Origin: Eledone cirrhosa
Lineage: Eukaryota
Assembly: GCA_964016885.1 (NCBI GenBank)
Contig: OZ024740.1
Coordinates: 389,112,001 to 389,176,000, forward strand
Length of the DNA stretch: 64,000 bases
Direction: 5' to 3'
This document shows positions 60,800-64,000 of the stretch, piece after piece; the stretch's first letter is position 1, and each line of letters opens with the position of its first letter. The notes beneath the pieces are model-generated. The model worked only from the letters and a program-made list of their open reading frames with translations. It had not been told where the DNA came from and did not search any database. Made by a program: the position numbers and the translations under genes.

Positions 60800-63290
60800 A
60801 TATTGCTCATTTTAAAGCCTCTGGATAAACAACATTCTTGGTTTTGCCCTGTTGTGCTACAATGAAGAGACAAGGTTTCCAACCTTTGTAGCACCAACAT
60901 AGAGCTGACCATCACATATTTCCCTGACATAATTGCAACTTCTAGGACATTGGGCATCATATTTTTGATGATGAGTCTTGTGCCATTGCAAAGTTTTGTA
61001 GGATCTCAATTATGAAGAGTCATAACCAATGCTCCAAGCTTCAGTATCAGGTTGTGTGTAGGAATTCCTGCTAGATCAAGGCTCCTCAAAAATTCAGTTG
61101 GATAGTCTAAAACTGGCCCTGAGAATTGGTTGTATCATATGATTTATAGCATCTTTTCTCTCCTGGTAACATGTCCAGCAGCCTTCTGTTGCTTTCTTTC
61201 ACAGCCACATTTTTCTATGCTAAGATTGTTAATTTACAAAGCCCTTTGGGATCATATTGTTTGATCTGAATTTTGGAAAGACTCTGGCAATCAGTTCTTG
61301 TTCTGTTTCAATGATATGGCCAAATGACAACTGAATCTGGTCATTGAAGTCCTTTTTAAGAAGTCTATATCCGAATTTAAGTAGCTGGATGGCAAACTCA
61401 CTGATACCTTTATCACCAGTCAAGTGTACTAGCATCTTGGTTGTAAGGCTCAGTCGCAGAAAGTGGGGCCAGCGATAGGATGATTTAAAACAGGCATTGA
61501 CTTGATCAGCTCAGGTCCCTCGTGGCAATTACAGACAGCATTTGTCTGAAATCACCAACAAGAACCATTGTCACTCTTCCCATTATGCAAGTATTGTCTC
61601 TTAGGTCCCTTATTGCTTGATCCTAAGCTCCTATTACCCGTTTATGGCTCATTGTGGCTTCATCCAAAATTATCATCTTCCATGTTTGCAGGAGCTTGCT
61701 CTTCAGTAAGTTTTTCTTGATGTTGCAAAATAATTGTTCATGTCATGTGATGTTTATGGGCAGCTTAAACGTGGAGTGTGCAGTTCTTCCCCCATCTAGA
61801 AGTGTAGCTGCAAAGCCACTTAAAGCCACAGCAAGGGAAATATGTTGCTTTTGGCAAACTTTTGCAAGCAAGAGATTTATGAGGAATGCCTTACTGTGCC
61901 AGCAGGAGCATCAATGAAGAGAAGTCCTCCTCTGTTATTTTGAATGTTTTTCATGATGGTGTGGTTGGCATATTTCTGGTCATCCTTGAAGGTTCATATC
62001 CATCCACAAACTTATGCAAGGCTTGAATATCGTAGTTTGTCATCTGAAACATTTCTTATGCTCCTTCCATTTCTTCATCTGGCTCTGAGACATCCCACAG
62101 ATAGCTAATGTGCTATTCATTGCATGAACAGGATGGGACAAGTCGCAGAGAGCTTGATTGTAAATCTTGGGAGTACGTTCCATAGATACATCATGATGTC
62201 TTCAGGCTGTGTATAGATAGTCATCCAACATATTGTTTTTGTTCTCCAACCAGAGTAGATGAGCTTCGTTAATTTCACATGTGAGCATAATAGCAAGCAA
62301 CAGTCTTATTTGACTAGCTATGCACCTGAGATACTCAAATGGCATTGGTCCTCAGAAGGCAGTATGCAGAAGTAGCCGTAAATAAAAACACTCTCTGTTG
62401 TTGTGGTGGACATTGTAAACAAACCCAATTGCATCACTTGCTTTGACTTCATGACCTTCCACTATATGACCCTGCTTCAATTCTCAGCATACAGGAGGGG
62501 TTGAGAAAATTCATCATTCTGGCAGTGTCTAAAAAAAAGCAATTAAAGTAGTGTCGAGTGGTGCTTGTGCCAACTGATGAGCAGTGGTCTCAGTGAAGCA
62601 GATGGACTGCTAAGTTGACAATTGTTGGGTGGCATTAGTGGATATCAGATCCAAAGACTTGCTAAATAGCTTCATGGCTGGATATGTATTGACATGTCTG
62701 ACAGTGTTTAACATTATCCATCCCACCATCATTGAATTGCTTATCAGTAACAAAGGTAGCCATGTCACTGACCTTGTTGATATCTTTTGTGACATATAGT
62801 ATTGATTTGATGGAGCTGCAATGCTCAAAATTGGTATGGGCTTAGTAGATTGTCTATGGCCAGTTCCTCTCCTCGAACTGTTAGGCTTACACTATTGCCT
62901 CCATGTCTGATCTATGCCAATGATAAAGGGGATAGCCATCATTGTTCATCTGAGTTTCCTGAATAAAAACTCTAGGATAATTTCTGCTGCATTTTTGATC
63001 TTGCATGCTGGGAGAGCTGGATTGATGCCTCCACATGGACCATGGATGAGAGGCTGGATTGATGATTTCACAGGGACATGGATGAGTTTGGTCTTGATGG
63101 CTTCAAAGAGCTCTGGATTGCCATCTTTATTGGGCAACTTTGCTGAAATGATCTTATCATAATCTAGTCTTATCTTCTCCTTGCATCAGATTAGTGTGAG
63201 AGTGAGGAAGTCCTCTCGTCTGCCATTCAATAATAGTCATCCAGACACTAGGCTCACCAAAGATTCTTCCTTCTTTAAAGAGACTTTTTT
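60800..63290 (-). mobile_element. Decayed Helitron RepHel (HUH Rep plus PIF1-like helicase)
   Basis: EWQTRGLPHSH, DKIISAKLP, HGPCG, IDAPAGT, GRTAHSTFKLP, ILDEATM, LVGDFRQ, LCNGTRL. Many frameshifts. Confidence 0.9.
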
Positions 63291-63653
63291 TATTTTGCTT
63301 TCCATGGAACACTCAAGCAATGTGGCCATGTTGGTGGTGTGAGGTTAGGTATGTGTGTGTGCATGTGTTTAGTCGAAAGACTGGTAATGTAATGTGGTAG
63401 TGGTCCGGAATATGGGTTAATGCTAAAAGAATTCAAAATGACAAAAGTTGAGGTATTTAGTCCTGTTGTCTGGTCAGTGGAAGTTGAGGTATTTAGTTCT
63501 GTAGTCTGGTCAGTGTTCACAGTGAAGTGTCAAAGTGCTGTCTTAAGTGTGTCTATGTCTCTGTATGTCTCAGTGTGTTTTGGTGTGTCAGTGTGTGTAT
63601 CTGCATGTGTTTCTCTGTGTGGATGTCCATCAGTGTGTGCCTGTCTGTGTCTC

Positions 63654-63693
<40 letters not shown>

Positions 63694-64000
63694 TTGGTGT
63701 GCCAGCCAAAGGGGAACCATCCATGCAAGCAAGGAAAAATGGGTTTGGTTGCAGAAAATAGATATAAATGTTTGGTTGGAGAGGTTAGGCGTAACACTGC
63801 ATGCATGCCTCTTTTCTTACTTCTAATGTACAGAGTGTCTCTTCTCTATATCTTCTAACAGTGGGACCACCAAAGTGAAAAATGTATAGCAATATCTTCC
63901 ACATGAGAAAAACTGATGTTGCTCCCTTTAAAGTAGTCTACACCCAGCTGGTCTTTGAACTGTTTCTTTGGTCCCACAGATATGTGTTGATTATGGTGTA

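Overview
Eukaryotic, AT-rich, microsatellite-dense genomic DNA. The repeat repertoire (RTE LINEs with (GAT)n tails, CORE- and Meta-type tRNA SINEs, Penelope-like elements) suggests an octopus or other cephalopod; this is an inference. One host gene is clearly present on the minus strand: an EF-hand rhomboid intramembrane serine protease (RHBDL1/2/3, Drosophila rhomboid-4-like group). Seven GT-AG exons with consistent phases lie between 34845 and 10863, plus a probable 24-nt micro-exon at 38399-38422. The WR, HxxxN, GxSG and AHxGG motifs are intact. The last coding exon was not found and probably lies left of the window. The rest is intronic or flanking and is dominated by transposons: one full-length, open-ORF RTE LINE with a PHD-type zinc finger inside its RT domain, truncated copies of it sitting in (TA)n tracts, other RTE, CR1 and CRE remnants, four Penelope-like remnants with several hammerhead ribozyme motifs, an Hsmar2-like mariner deletion derivative, MITEs, a Chapaev-like fragment, a decayed Helitron, many SINEs and a 1.57-kb minisatellite. 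The most interesting observation is an inverted pair of complete type I hammerheads at 9118-10250, probably intronic, in which the antisense arm would be transcribed first. All coordinates were counted by hand: exon ends are exact to my count, and repeat boundaries may be off by several nt.
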